The translations under genes were made by a program, and so were the position numbers. A stretch of 64,000 nucleotides of DNA from positions 20,114 to 84,113 of the forward strand of contig SVIC01000001.1 in assembly GCA_015055515.1 (NCBI GenBank). Reading direction: 5' to 3'. Shown here piece after piece: positions 27,857 to 42,700 of this stretch (positions are counted from its first letter, which is position 1; each line of letters begins with the position of its first letter). Below the pieces are notes generated by a model. The model saw nothing but the letters and a program-made list of their open reading frames with translations, had not been told where the DNA came from and did not search any database. The DNA comes from Clostridiales bacterium. GTDB taxonomy: Bacteria > Bacillota > Clostridia > Christensenellales > UBA1242.

Positions 27857-28363
27857 ATGAGAAATATAGTTGTTGGCGTGTTGTTGATACTGGTGTCTAT
27901 AGGACTAGTCGGGTGTTTTGGGATGAAAGATAATGAGGATATATTGAGAATACATATTAGAGCGAATTCCAATGAGGTGCAAGATCAAGATGTGAAATAC
28001 AAGGTGAAGGAAAGTGTTGTGAATTATCTAACGCCAAAGGTTGCTGGTTGTGAAAGTGTAGAGATGGTGATAGATGTATTAAATACTGATAAGTGTAATA
28101 TAGTTAAAGTTGTTAACAATGTCTTAATAGAGAATGGTTTTGATTATGGTTGTACGGTGGATATAAGAGAAGAGTATTTTCCAACCAGAGTCTATGAAGA
28201 GTGTACATTGGATGCTGATTTCTATGATGCCCTTATAATATCTCTTGGTAGTGGAGAAGGTGATAACTGGTGGTGTGTAGTGTATCCACCGTTGTGTTTT
28301 AAGGATACGAGAAATGTGGTATACAAATCAAAATTAATGGAGATAATTGGAAAATATTTTTAG
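27857..28363 (+). CDS. spoIIR: Stage II sporulation protein R
   Basis: After a signal peptide, the sequence contains LRIHIRANSNEVQDQDVKYKVKESV and GEGDNWWCVVYPPLCF. From memory these match B. subtilis SpoIIR (RLRILANSDSDQDQ... and GANWWCVLFPPLCF). Confidence 0.9.
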   Translation: MRNIVVGVLLILVSIGLVGCFGMKDNEDILRIHIRANSNEVQDQDVKYKVKESVVNYLTPKVAGCESVEMVIDVLNTDKCNIVKVVNNVLIENGFDYGCTVDIREEYFPTRVYEECTLDADFYDALIISLGSGEGDNWWCVVYPPLCFKDTRNVVYKSKLMEIIGKYF

Positions 28364-28383
28364 TGGATGTGGAGGCTTAAAAG

Positions 28384-29061
28384 ATGTTAAAAAATATATG
28401 TAGGCTAGATAATATTTTTGTTGCAATTGCATTAATTCTTATTACATTATTTTTGGTTGTAATGTCTAGTACCTTTGTTAAAGATGTTAGGTCGCTTTCA
28501 AAAGTGTTTGCATACACGGAATCGGAGACAATACAGATACAACAGAGCTTAAAAGAGTTGGGTTATTTTGATGAAGAGGTGACAGGGTATTATGGAAATA
28601 TAACTAGGCAGGCAGTGAAAGACTTCCAATACGATTATGGATTAAGTGTTACTGGAGAAGTAGATGGTGCTACTGCTTCGGCACTTGGTATACATCTGGG
28701 TAGTCAGCAAAGTAATGACTTATATATACTAGCAAAATGTATATATGCAGAGGCTAGAGGAGAAGTATATGAGGGTCAGGTTGCGGTAGGAGCAGTGGTA
28801 TTAAATAGGGTAGCAAGTCCTGATTTTCCTAATACAATATATGGTGTTGTATATCAACCATGGGCGTTCACATCAGTTAGTGATGGTCAGATGAATTTGG
28901 AGCCTAACGGTAGTGCGTATCAGGCTGCACAAGATGCGATAAATGGTTGGGATCCGACATATGGATGTCTGTATTATTATAATCCAGCAGTGGCTACTAG
29001 TAGTTGGATTTTTGATAGGACAACTGTGGTAACAATTGGTAATCATGTTTTTGCGATTTAG
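28384..29061 (+). CDS. sleB: Spore cortex-lytic enzyme SleB-like (PG_binding_1 + cell-wall hydrolase domain)
   Basis: PG-binding repeat: IQQSLKELGYFDEEVTGYYGNITRQAVKDFQYDYGLSVTGEVD. Hydrolase_2 motifs: YAEARGE..EGQVAVGAVVLNRV and QPWAFT. It is followed by ypeB. Confidence 0.9.
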   Translation: MLKNICRLDNIFVAIALILITLFLVVMSSTFVKDVRSLSKVFAYTESETIQIQQSLKELGYFDEEVTGYYGNITRQAVKDFQYDYGLSVTGEVDGATASALGIHLGSQQSNDLYILAKCIYAEARGEVYEGQVAVGAVVLNRVASPDFPNTIYGVVYQPWAFTSVSDGQMNLEPNGSAYQAAQDAINGWDPTYGCLYYYNPAVATSSWIFDRTTVVTIGNHVFAI

Positions 29062-29121
29062 TCTAATAATATTATAGTTTTGGCATTAAATAATTAGTTT
29101 ATGACAATAAATAGGTGGTGT

Positions 29122-30441
29122 ATGGAAAAAACATCGAAAAATAAATATATAATATCATTGGTAATATCTGCAATAATTGCGGTGGTGTCGCTAGTTATGC
29201 TGGGCGTTGTGTGGCAAGATAAAACGGTGTATAGAAATGCGTTAGAGAATAGATATCAGCATAGTTATATGAGCCTGATTGACAATGTGGATGATATAGA
29301 GGTTGGGCTTAGTAAATTGGTTGCTACTACCACTTATGAGTCGCAAAAAAACATAATGCAAACTGTATACACTAGTTGCGTTCTTGCTAGTGAAAATATT
29401 TCAAACATTCCAGTGAATTCTGATTCTCTAAGTAATGTAAATAAGTTGGTTAATAAAGTGGCTGGATATATTTATTCTCTAATTCAGAATGAGACAGTGG
29501 TGCAAGGTGAGGTATTAACCTCTATTGAGAATTTGCATAAAAGTGTGGCAGTTATAAAGTATGACATTAACAAAGGTTATGAAGACAATATTGCTCAATC
29601 CACAATTCTGTCAGATGTGACTAATACTGAAGATGGCTCTAGTTTTACGGCGGGTTTTGTGACTGGATCGGATTCTTATTCGGATGTGCCAACTTTGATA
29701 TATGATGGTCCTTTCTCAGAGAGTGTGATGAATAAGGAGCCAAAGTCGTTGCAAGAAAAAATATCACAAAATGAAGCATATGAAAAAGTGTCGCAATTGT
29801 CTCAAAATTGGTCTGGTTATGATGTAGAATATTTGGGCGAGACAAATGGAAAATTAGATACTTACAACTACCAGCTTGCTGGCGATAGAAGTATGTATGT
29901 ACAAGTGTTACAAAATGGTGGATTGCTATTATCTGTTACATCATATGGAAATTATGAAGGAGAGGCTTCAACAATAGAAGATGCGATAACTAAAGCTAAG
30001 GAGATTGCTTATAATTTTGGTTTCGATGGTATGATAGAAGTGTGGCATCAAGTTGTGGGGTCTATTGCGTATATCAATCTGGCATATGCGGAAGATGGAG
30101 TGGTGTATTACAGTGATTTGATTAAGGTAAAAATTGATCTGCGTGGTGGTGAATTAGTTGGCTGGGAAGCGACTAATTATATTTACAGTCATTATGATCG
30201 TGATGAGTATGTGGGTGTGATATCTATTCTGGATGCAGAAGATTTGCTTAGTGATAGTCTGGAGGTTGTTGAGAGAAGTTATTGTGTAGTGCCGAATGAA
30301 TATGTGGGAGAGAGTTGTGCGTACGAGTATGTGTGTACATGGTCAGGATATACCTATTATGTTTATCTTGATTCGACCATAGGTAAAGAACTGAATATTA
30401 TGAGGGTTATAGAGACTGATAACGGGGATCTCTTGGAATAA
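29122..30441 (+). CDS. ypeB: Germination protein YpeB-like
   Basis: N-terminal TM helix, a conserved position directly after sleB, and PepSY-like C-terminal repeats. The ATG at 29122 is preceded by AGGTGG. Confidence 0.78.
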   Translation: MEKTSKNKYIISLVISAIIAVVSLVMLGVVWQDKTVYRNALENRYQHSYMSLIDNVDDIEVGLSKLVATTTYESQKNIMQTVYTSCVLASENISNIPVNSDSLSNVNKLVNKVAGYIYSLIQNETVVQGEVLTSIENLHKSVAVIKYDINKGYEDNIAQSTILSDVTNTEDGSSFTAGFVTGSDSYSDVPTLIYDGPFSESVMNKEPKSLQEKISQNEAYEKVSQLSQNWSGYDVEYLGETNGKLDTYNYQLAGDRSMYVQVLQNGGLLLSVTSYGNYEGEASTIEDAITKAKEIAYNFGFDGMIEVWHQVVGSIAYINLAYAEDGVVYYSDLIKVKIDLRGGELVGWEATNYIYSHYDRDEYVGVISILDAEDLLSDSLEVVERSYCVVPNEYVGESCAYEYVCTWSGYTYYVYLDSTIGKELNIMRVIETDNGDLLE

Positions 30442-30464
30442 AATTTTTTATATTTTTTTAGATT

Positions 30465-30508
30465 TTCAATTATGCTAGAAAAAAATTTCTAGCATAATTG
30501 AATTTTTT
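30465..30508 (+). terminator. Rho-independent terminator after ypeB
   Basis: Perfect 17-bp stem ttcaattatgctagaaa / tttctagcataattgaa followed by T6. Confidence 0.85.
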
Positions 30509-30534
30509 ATTTTTTACAACATATGTGTAATAAT

Positions 30535-30564
30535 TTGACCTACATAGGATTCATTTTATATAAT
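30535..30564 (+). promoter_or_regulatory. Candidate promoter of the giant gene (TTGACC-18 nt-TATAAT)
   Basis: TTGACC lies at 30535-30540 and TATAAT at 30559-30564, about 65 nt upstream of the ATG. The RBS AAGGAAG lies at 30613-30619. Confidence 0.45.
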
Positions 30565-30628
30565 AGATTATACAATAATAATATTTTTTTTAATTTGTGA
30601 AAAAATACAACTAAGGAAGCGAATAAAA

Positions 30629-30706
30629 ATGGGAAAATTTTTCAGAATTGTAAGAAGATTAATATGTGCAGTGATGGTGGCTTTTGCTTGTACGCTTAGT
30701 GCTTGC
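30629..30706 (+). other. Lipoprotein signal peptide with lipobox L-S-A-C (Cys26)
   Basis: In MGKFFRIVRRLICAVMVAFACTLSAC|SCGG, a basic n-region and a hydrophobic core precede LSAC. The Cys26 codon is at 30704-30706. lgt is encoded in the same window. Confidence 0.75.
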
Positions 30707-33700
30707 TCCTGTGGTGGAGGGCCGTATGATAATCTGAAGATTACGGATGTGAGGTTGGTTCAATACACGTCTGGGCACAACAATATAGATGGTAGCGGGG
30801 ATAAGCCTAAGGTTATCATGAATAATGATGCCAATGCTGGTGTATCTGCCAATTATTTCTATATCGAGGTGGTAATAGATGGTTATAACGGATCGGAAGA
30901 GGCGTTGGCTACTATAGCCACATCTGCTGGATATGATGGATATGTTAAGTTCCATTCTTACGAGTATAGTACCAGTGGGTCAAGTAGGGTAGTTAGGGGT
31001 GTATTCGAGGCCATATATGGCGTAGAGAATTTAAGCTTCGATATTCTTACGGTAGAGGGTATGGTTAGCAAAGTATTCAATATTGAGATAATAAAACCAT
31101 TGGATGATTTTGATTTCGTTCAATCAGTTGTACCTGTTATAAAGGGTGAGGCCAATACGATATATGAGAAGTATAAATCCTCTAAATATATTGATTTTAT
31201 ACCTGCGGATAGTACTCAAAGAGAAGTAGAGTTATATCTAGATGAGGCCGATTATTTGCAAGGTGTAGAATTGGGTGGTCTTAACAAGGATAATTTTGTT
31301 ATATCTAGTGGTAATGGACTGATAAAACTTGATTATAAGATGGGCGAAGTGGTACATAATGTTTTATCGATAAATGGCGGATTGCTTGAGGTGTATAACA
31401 ATGATTATGTACCAAATGGTTTTACTTTATCGGCTAGGGCAAGATTGTTAAATGGTAGCGAGGTTGTAGAAAAATGTAGTGTTGTGGTATTAGATCCTAT
31501 AATGCCAGAGGATATACTGGTTGCCAATAAGTTCACAAATGATAGTAATCAGGATGTGAGAAGGTTATTAGATAGTCTTGGTGTTATTGATGGCGTACCT
31601 ACATTTAGATTGTTGCTTGCAAATAATGCGTTTAGTGTTCCTGAGTATGTGAAGCATAAGAGTGCAAATATCCAATTCGGCATGTTGGTTGATCAGACAA
31701 GTAATGGATATCAGACTGACGAAGGAAAGAATATGGCTCTCATTATGAATAGTGGAAACTTAGATGTAGAGGCGGAAAATCTAACAGAGTCTGCAATTAG
31801 ATGTATAAGGGTAGATGATAATGTTGGTGATAATAGTTGTTATAAAATATCTCATACGGTAGCTATTAGTAACAGTTATAATCTTGATTTTAGAGTGTAT
31901 TATAGTAAGTATTCGAAGTTCTTCGATGGCGTTACTGTTAGAGTTGTGTTAGAGGTGTGTGAGTATCCTGATGATATAAAGTTATATGAGAAGAATTCTG
32001 CTGGTGTAAGAGCGGTTGATGAGGTTAATGTGTATTCATCTTATGCCGATTATATTAGTGGAACTCAAGTTATAGCAAATGTTGTATCGAATGAGTTTGA
32101 TGGAGAATTATTATCAAATACATACACTGTAAAAGCAGTAAAGAAGACTGGTGAAAATAGTTATGAAGATGTGAATAGCGGAATTGAATTCAAGCATATG
32201 GCATCAATATTAGTGCCTGGTGTAACTAAGGTTAATTCGGGAGAAGTTGTAACGATATCTGTTAAAGATAAGACATTGGATTTCGATGATCTATATCTAT
32301 GCTACGAAGCAGAAGTTGGTAGTGGTGGATATGTGGTTGCTAAATACATAAAACTAAATTATATTGCTCAAGAGTTGAAATGGAATGATTCTGTATCTAA
32401 TACTATATATGTGCCATTTACTAGTGAAAATATATACAATTCGGATAATGCAAAACAGAAATATTTGAGTATACCTATATCAAATATGGCTAGTTGGGCT
32501 GGTAGTGCAACAAATTTATATAAAAACTTTGTGGCAGATATCAATGATACAGATAGAGTTGTAGAAGGTGTAGATGGAAATTTATATAAGTTAAATATAT
32601 ATACTAGTGTTACAAATCTAAATAATAGGAATGTTATAAAATTAAACGATAACAATCATCCTAATAATATATTTGTATCAGACAATGTATTAAGTGCAGA
32701 AAATATTTGCGAGCCAAAATTGAATATATTATTCGATGCGGGTGAAAACTTGGGTGAATGTCAAGTTGAATTGATGTTGCCGAATGGAAGAAAAACAACA
32801 TTTAAGTTGGTTGTATATTATGAATTACCAGGTGATACATGGTTGACAATGGGTGTTGATCAGGCGGATGATGAAGTAGTAATAAAGAAAGATGAAGAGG
32901 GAGTTGCATCAGTGCAGTTGGATGCATTGGTGGGAGACAAGCAAACATTCGATGTTAATTTCAATCTGCCTAGTGGTAATAAGAAATATTCGCTGATAGA
33001 ATTGCCAACTGATATGAATGCTACATTTGAGACATCGAATAGTAAGGCAGGTAAGTTTGATGATAATGGCATATTGACAATTCTTGGGGTGTATGATTTC
33101 GAAGTAACTATCACTCTAAACGGTTTCTCTGCAAAAAGAGAAGGTGGAGTGATAACTGGAAAAATAACCGATTGGAATGATGTAGAGAAAAATAAAATGA
33201 CATTTACTATAAAAGTAAATGTTGAGTCGCCTGTACGTGAAATTGGGTTATCAAATTCTAAAAGTTCTATATTTACAAAAGATACGTTAAATAACTATTC
33301 GAATACTGGAAGTACTGAGTTTGAGGATAAGGGTGTTAGTATATACTCATTAACTGATTTGACAAATGGTGAGGATATAAATGGTGCATTTGTAAAGTGG
33401 ACATTTGATGTAATAAGCAGTAGTGTGGGTAATGATAATGGCTACAGTGCCAGCTGGTCATTATCAATGAAGAAGGATAATAATGGCAACGATGTCTATG
33501 AGTTCGTTGGTGAAAGTAGCGAATACAAAGGCAATATAAATGCTAAGATACTTAATGGCTATGCTACTAGATATATTCTAAATTATGATATTGATAATGA
33601 TCAAAATGTAGATTTTAAGATATATGTATGTATAAAAGATATCCAGAATATAGCAATATTTGTGGAATACTCTGCCAGTGTATCAGGCATAGATAATACT

Positions 33701-36700
33701 AATGCGGAAATCAATATCGAAGTAGGTGCTATAGTTACTCCTACGTACAAACATTTGGATAATAGTAAATACACTGCTGTATTGTCAAAGGGTGTGATAC
33801 TTAGTGCTCAGAGGAATATGAGAATAAGTAGCATTACTCCAGTATTGGAAAATTCTACAGTTGTATTTGATCTAAGAAATCTGCAGAATGGTGTAGATTA
33901 TGATATTGTCGATAATATAAGATATGTGATGCGTGATACCGCAAATACTAAGAAGACATTCTTATACAAACTAGGATTGCCTCAGCATTATCTTGCGGAT
34001 AGTATCAATAGATCGATAGTAATAACGAAGGATGTTAGCAATTATTCGGTAGTGGTAGATGAAGTTAATCAAGTAGTAACCGTTCAATTGTTAAGTATGC
34101 CAATCCCGGGAACTAGTGGATATGTTAGTCCTAATTATATGACTAGATTGAGTGCAAAGGGTAGTCAGATTAATGAGGGGTCGTATAGTGTAAGTACAAC
34201 TTTTAGAGTTGTGGTAGAGGATGGTATAGCTAATCCTTATAGTATAAGAAATCAGGCGGATTTGCAGAAGATAGCCAATAGTCCAACCTCCAATTATGTA
34301 TTGGCATCAAACATATATCTAGATAGTTCTTATGAACCAGTGGGAACTAAGGGTGTGCCATTCTCTGGAACAATTAGTGGTGCGAAAATATTGGCTGATG
34401 GTACAAAGATAATATATAGTATCAATAACTTTACATACAGAAAGACAAAATCTCTGACAACAGCCAGTGGTGATGACAATGTATACGTTGGTATCTTTGG
34501 TTACGCAATGGGTGCGAAATTCACTGATATAAAGATATATAATGCGAATATTGACATAGATGTCTCTGGTGGTGCAAGTGATGATAATGTGTATGTTGGT
34601 GCCCTAGTTGGATATGCAGACAAGTGTATAATACAAAACATAGCAGTAGATGATGGAAATGATATTGCAAGTATTGATGGATCGGCATTGCAGAAGTTGT
34701 CTGGAAGGTACAAAGAAACTGTAATTAAGGGCAATACTAATGGTATAAAAGTAGACAGTGCAGAAGGTCAGAATACTGATGTGAATGCATATGTAGGTCA
34801 CATTGCAGGAAAATATTATATGACTAGTGATATGCAATCAACTGATGTAAAAGCGTATGGTGTGCTTAGTAGTGATATATTGAATGCAAGAGTAGGAGGA
34901 CTGTATGGTGCTGTTGGGACAGATAGTGGCGTAAAAGCATCTATTACATATAGCAGTGGCAATGACAGCATAGTAACTAAGTATGCCAATGCAGATGTAA
35001 TAGTAGTTATTAATCCAGCATCCTATAATAATATACTGGTAGGCTCATGCATAGGTGGTGCTGTTGGTGAATTAGGCGCTGGTATAACAGTGTCGAATGT
35101 TACTATTAGACCAATAATATTCGGTAAGAGTAATATTGGTGGTGTTGTTGGACAGAACTATGGTGAAGTAAAAGATTGTAAAATATTGCCAATGCTAATG
35201 GGAATAAATAGTATCGGTGGTGTTGCTGGTCAGAATAATGGAACGCTACAATATAACAAAGTGCAATTCATAGACCAAGACGATGAATTGTCGTTCATGA
35301 ACAGTGGATTAATCGGTCAACATGATATGGGCTCGATTGTGGGTGCCAATAATGGTACAGTGTCTTATAACTCTGCATATTCATACATCTCAGATAATAT
35401 CAGTGGGTATGATGGTGTGTCGTTATTAATTAATACAGCGGGCGCATACTATGGCGATATACTGTATTATAAGAGCGATAATAATTATACAGGCAATGCA
35501 AATATTGGTGTATTGATAGGCTCAAGTGTTTCTGGTGCAACGGAAAAATACAACTTTGCCAAATTTAATTATAGAAGCGGTGCAGAAGTTATAGCGATAG
35601 GCAATGTGGATAGTGGTTCTACATCGGTTATATATGTAAATGGTAATGGCTCTGATATAACAAACGTGCCAACTAGTGGTATATATTCTGTTGAAAGCAT
35701 GAATGACAAAGGATACGGCTCTACAGCATATGCTAATGAGAAATACTACAAGTACAAGAAAAATGATGGAAATGATAGTGATATCTATGTTATAAGAGAG
35801 GCAGATGTAAATGGTGTAAATCCTATAGAACTTACTATAGATGTGCCTCCTACAGACATAGAATTAGAAAAACCAAATATTAGTGGGGATATATATGATG
35901 TAGAGTCTAGTGACTACTATATAGCTATTTCTATGTACGAGTTGTTGAAAGATGACCTAGATGGTGTATCGGGCAAGACCGATATAGAACAGGTATTCAT
36001 AGACTATATCAAAGAAGTATTTAAGTCTGAGAATAGATATTCATTGCAAGATCTTGTTAAGATAAATAATTTACCATCTTTTGTAACCGACTCTAGTATG
36101 GTATATACTCTAGCAAAAGGTAGTGAGGCAATTATATCTGTGGTGCAAGGTGAGAGTGGCTTAGAGATAGAAGCGATAGGTGATGGACTAGCACAAATCA
36201 TATTGACTAACATATATAACAAGGAATTAGTCGCTAATATCTACATTCAAGTAAATAGAAAAGTCTCGGATTTCGATATTAGTTCGCTTGCAGAGGGTGC
36301 TAATGAGGATATAACTATTGTAAAAGGTGCTAGTACGAAGTTGTCTTACAACCTACTGTCTCAGTATTATTATGCTAATGAACTAGTATGTCAGTTATAT
36401 AATGCTATTGATATGATGGGTAATATATCTGCTAGAGTGGGTATGAGATTGTTCATGCTAGATGGTAGCAATATATATCATACAACAGATGATATTAACT
36501 CTTATATTAATGATAATTATACCGAATATTTCAGTATTAATGACCTTGACTTCAAGTATATGCAGAATGTGGATGGCTCTAATCAATATTTAATATATGT
36601 AGATATTGATAGTGCGGATGCGTGCTACATCTATGGAATGGAAGAGGTGAGTGGTATTGGAATATACGCTATACCTTACATATATACCTCTACTGGCAAG

Positions 36701-39700
36701 GATAAGGCTGTCTTGCAATATTTCTATAAATGGAATGCAGATGGTACATATAACATAATAGAGAATGCAAGCTATGAAGATGGTCTAGGTGACAAAATAA
36801 CGTTAAATGTTGTAAAGGGTACAACAGGATTATCTTCGCTAGATATATCTAATGTAGGTACTCCAAAGGAAGCTACAAAATTCAGTGTGACAATGACTAC
36901 TGATAATAGCGACAATAGCAAGTTATATTTCTACATATCTGATAACAAGAATGAATACAACATTGCCGGAAGAGATAGAATAACTTCTATTCCAAGTCAG
37001 ATAGGTGGGGCGGATTTCTATTCTTATGTGCGTGATGGCAAAACAATATATTTCAATGATATCTATCTATATGAAGTGGGTATAGACCTTAATGAGTCTA
37101 TAGCAATATTTGATAAATATCAGATAAAACTATTAGCTCGTAAAGTAGAAGAAAATAAAGTTACATATAACTTCCAGATAGAAGTATTAGACCAGTTCAA
37201 ATACGATTGTAAATCATCGGAACAATATGTAATTACATTCTTGACTAACTACATTATAGAAGAAGAATCTGCTGTGGAGAAGATTGGCTCGCTAAGACTA
37301 GGCTATACACTAATGCCACAAGAGTTAGAGTCTAGTGATATAAATCACTTCAATGATGTAGAGTTAAAGACCTATAATGTAGAAGAAGGTGTGCCAACTG
37401 ATGGTTATGATGTTAATCTAGACTTGGCTAGCAATACTATTGTTATTGGTTATAATGGACTATTGCAGATAGATATATATCCAGGGTATGCTAATGTAGA
37501 CAAGGTAGAGATAACAAGTACATCTATTGGTGGCGTATATGTAGATTTCGAGCAACTAGTAGAAGAGACAACTATTAATATTGCCAATGATACATCTGAT
37601 AAATATGTATCTAGAATGTTCTATACTACATACTCTAAGGCAGAAAAAGAACGTGGCAAAATCACATTAGAGAATATAACCAATGTGTATGAGGTTAATG
37701 GTGAGAGGAGATACGGATTCGATGGTACTTATTATGTGAAAACATATATAGGCAACATTGTGGATGAGAGTTCGAACTTTGTTCTTACAATCAAGTATTA
37801 TAGTGATGGTAATGTTATAGAAGAGAAGACAAAATCTTTTGTACTATATCCAGTTATACCTCCTACAATTAGTGCAACCATTAATCAGTCTAAGAATGCT
37901 CCTATAGCAATAGGTACAGATGCGGTTATTGATATCAAGACTGAGAATATGTGGGAAGAATTCAAGGTTGAGCTTAGTGGTACAAATGGTAGCACTGTTG
38001 CATCATTGAATAACGCTCTTGATACACAGAACAATCACTTCAATGCGAATGAAGATGTTATAAAGCAAATGACCGATAAGGGTTGGCTGATAAGTGTAAA
38101 TGGTGGATATCAATTAACTTTGCCAGTTAAGTATGATGAGAGCCTAATAGGTAAAGAATTGACTATTACTATGACAGTGAAGAAGCTGATTAATAACAAA
38201 GTATATTTTGCTAAAACGAATATAAGAATACAATTAGCTCTATTTGTAGTAAATAGTATGCAAGTAGATGGCGTAGAGAATGGCAAATTTACAGGAATAT
38301 TCAATCAAGCATATGAGTTGCGTGTAAATGTAAATGCTACTTATAGCAAGGACCAAGATGAGAACAAGACTAATTATATCAAGTCTCAGATTAAGTTATT
38401 AGAGTCTCGTATAACATCTAATGGATTGGATGATGTGGGCGAGAACGACATTAGAGCTACGAAGACTTGGTTTGCCCAAGAGAACAATGGTCAGTATACG
38501 AATTTAAGTATATTCAAGCCTCGTTATGGATATGTGGTAGAGAATTCATATTATAACATCTCGTACATGAGTAATAGTGGAGTGTATGAGAATAGGAATT
38601 TCTCTACATTGAAGTTCAGAAATAACATACTTAATACTAATGACACAATAATGGCTCAGACACTTATCATGTACTCTCCAAGAGATGTATATAATGATGG
38701 TGCTTCGTTTAGTGGAGTATACGTATATTCTGCTAGTGACAAGGGTGATATGGGTGCCAATGGAACTTATATACCAGATGAGAGTGACTACAAATATTCA
38801 TTTAGTGTAGAATTCACATTCAACATGCAGAGACTATCCAACGAAGAGAATCCAACACCTGTATATACCGAAGAGGATTTATTAGAGATGGTGGAGGGGC
38901 TACCATATATCCTTATGGAAGATATAGAGGTAGAAGATTGGAAGCCATTAAATACTGCTATTTCTAGCCTAGATGGTAATGGTCATGTAATCAGAATAAA
39001 TAGTTTTGCTAATTTAGAGGCTGGTAGTACAACCGCTGGATTATTTGGTACAATTAGTAGTGATACAATTATTAAGAACTTGATAATAGAATTACCACCA
39101 AATCCATTGCAAATGTATCAGACATTAGATCCTAGTGCTTCTGATATATTAATAGACATTGGCACAACCACACAATTTAATTTCGGTGTTGTGGCGGGTG
39201 TTAACAATGGTGTAATTACTAATACTATAGTCATTAATAATGCAGATAATTACAGATTAGAAAGAGATCAATTATTGCTAAAAGAGAATAAACTAAGTGA
39301 TGCAGAGTTCAATGAAAGATTGACTAAGTATTACTATGCAAGAGTACAAGAATTGATATCTGAATATAGTTATTATGGTGCTAGATCGCTAACACAAGTG
39401 AGAGTAAAATCAACATTAGAGGAGACTAGTTCTACTAGCATTAAGATAGGCGGATTCGTAGGTGTTAATAACGGATTTATCACTAATAGTGCGGTAGAGG
39501 GTGTAAGTATTAGCGGACCATTCTATGTAGGTGGCTTTGCTAGTGATAATACATCTAAGATATCTTCATCCTATTATAAGAATGGTAATGTCATTAATAA
39601 CCGTGGTAATGCAATTCAATATAGCGGTACTGCAGGCTTTGTAGTAAATAATAGCGGTGATATTGCATACTCATATGTAGAAGGTATTAATACTCAGGCT

Positions 39701-42700
39701 AATATCAATGTGATATCGGGAGTGGTATTGAATGGTGAAGATGTACTAGTAGAATACAACACTCTGACAGAGCAAAAGAATGGCTTAGGGAATGAGTCTT
39801 TACGAGAATATATTGGTTATGAATATGGATACGTAGATGAATTGTTTGATATACGTCATTTCGGCAATGCAGTATATTCTACTAAGGATTCTGCAGGATT
39901 TGTGTATAACAACACTGGTGATGTAAATAACAGCTATTCTAATATAGTAGTTGCAGGTAACTCTACTGCAGGATTTGTGTACTATAACAAAGACAAGGCT
40001 ACTATTGATTCTGCTTATTCGCTATCTTCTATTATTAGAGATAACATTAAGTATTCACCATTCGGTGCTAGAGATTCTGTTACTGGTGCGACTTTGAACA
40101 AAGGTTCCATTACTAACGCATTCTTCCTAAAAGTATCTATAGAGGATTACATTACATTGCAAGAGCAAGATCCTAGTGCTAATGTTGGTGATATTATTGT
40201 AGATAAGTCTGCTTATGATGATATTAAAACAGATGATGAAAAAGCACAATATACAGAATATATTATAAGTAAAGATAGTGAAGGAAATGATGTAAAGCAG
40301 TATGTAAAGACAGTATATGAAGATAGGTACAAATCTACTGTAGTAGATGGATTATCTAAGGGCATATATGATTTCAGTGATTATGAGACATTTAATACAT
40401 TTACATTCAATGAAGATAAGTCAAATAATGGTGACAGTGTAGCAAAATCGGTATGGTACATTCCTACCGAGAGTATGTATGATGAGGGAAATACTTTTGA
40501 TAAATATTTCAAGAAGTCTACATACAACATTAACATACCGCAATTAGTATCGGCTAACCTTAGGACTACTAGCATTAAGTATGGTAACTTCATAGATCCA
40601 TTAGCAAAGAATGCTAGCATAGAGGATATAGAGAACACATTGGTAGATGATATGGCTATATCTATGGTTGGTAACATCATATCTTATGCTAATGATTACT
40701 ACAACAATAAGGTAAAAGGCGTTAATAACGATATCTCTCTAACGAATACAAAGACAATATATCTATACGCATATCTTACTAACGCATATGATAACTTTGC
40801 TAAGAACAATAATTGGGCTCAAGATTATCAGAGGGTGTTCTACGATGAGTTAAGAGATCTAAGAGATGCCAATGCGGACTTTGGTTATGAGATAGATCTT
40901 AATATATCGGAGGGTGATATTAATAATGTCACTCATGACTATGATGGAATATTTACATTCTTAAAAGGAAAAGTAGAGGCAAAGTTAGATGCTGATTTAA
41001 GTAACCTAAACAAAGATGTAGAGAAAATGCGCGAGATATTGATCGCTCAGATCAATACAGTTAATCAGGTGGATGAAGGGGCCGAGTCTGCATATAGTTA
41101 TTCTAACATTCTTAAGAATGCTTATGATGTAGAATTAGTATATGGCGATAGCGTGCTTAATCCATACTTAATAGATAGTGCAGATGATTTCAATATATAT
41201 GGATTGCAGATTAACGAAGAGGGGGTTATTACAACTAACCAGTTAGATAAGTCCATGAGGCTTGTGAAAGACATTGCCTTCGGTGAGTTGAATAAATCTG
41301 CTCAGACATATGATGTAGACTTCTATGGTGATTTAGAGGGTAACAATATGTCTATGTCTAATATTAAATTATCTGCTCCTACAGAGTCTGATAATAGCAA
41401 TGTTAGAAAAGATTTCGGATTATTTAGATCATTAGGAAAACTGGATGCAGATGATGACACCAAGTACTATGCTACTATTAGGAATATGACCTTAAATGTA
41501 GAGTATATCAATGCTAATGCTATTGAGAAAGTGGGAGCATTGGCTGGTAGTATTAACTATGGTAGAATATATAATGTAACAATTAATGGAGCGAGTGATA
41601 ATTCTACTATATCAGGCGCTAATGTAGTAGGTGGATTAGCAGGATTTATTGGTGGAGATACAATCATATCTAATATTATTAGTAATATAGATGTGACTGC
41701 TAAATATCTTCATTCTGTCAGTGGTATCGGTGTCAATCTATTTGATGCTACTAATGAGAATATTGCTAGAAGGAATACTACAATTGGTACAGAAGTGTAT
41801 CAGGTAGTAGGTGGTAAGTTGCAACTGGTAACTAAGGCAAATATTGATTCCGACTCTGGCTTAGAGCCATCTACCGCACATCAATTCAATATATACATTC
41901 CGTTCTCTACTAAATTTAGTCAGATTGCTTATGCAGGCGGTATCGCAGGTATAATAGATGTAAAAGATATTGAGACTGGTGTCGATGATCTAGAGGATAC
42001 AGTATATGCTGTGACAGGATCAAAACTAACGGGTAAATCTGTTATAACAGGTGAGGTTGTCGGTGGATTATTTGGATTTGCTGGATATCAAGTAAATATA
42101 ATTGGTAGTGAGGTCGATGTAGAGACTGGCATGCAATTGGATTCGGCAGGAATTGCTGGTGGAATGGTGGGTCATATGCTAGGAAGCCTTGACAAATCAT
42201 TTGTTGTTAACACCACGCAATCTACTATGGATGCCACATTGTATAAGAATGTTAATAGTGCTAGTACAACCACGCATAACTATTATAATTATTACGGAAA
42301 TAACAGTGGTGAAGTGACCAATTTCTATGGTGGCAATGCTCACTATATAGGTGGATTGATAGGTATGGCACATGGAGCAGTTATTACCCACTCATACAAT
42401 AGAGTAGATGTAACTAATATTAACTCGAAGTATGCTGGTGGAATTATCGGTATGGCTATTGGCTCGTACATGGATGATGTATATACTACTGCTAGTGTGT
42501 ATAGTTATAGAGCGTATGGTGGAACGATAGGTATTCAGACTAAGGTCGCTACAATCACTGCGCCAGGTGCTGATGCTACATATATGTTAGAGAATGCTTA
42601 TAATACTAATGGCAACAACTCTAATCAGGTATACCATATATACAATCAGATTACATATCTAGACACATTCTATGACAAGAAAGATCCAAACGATCCGGCA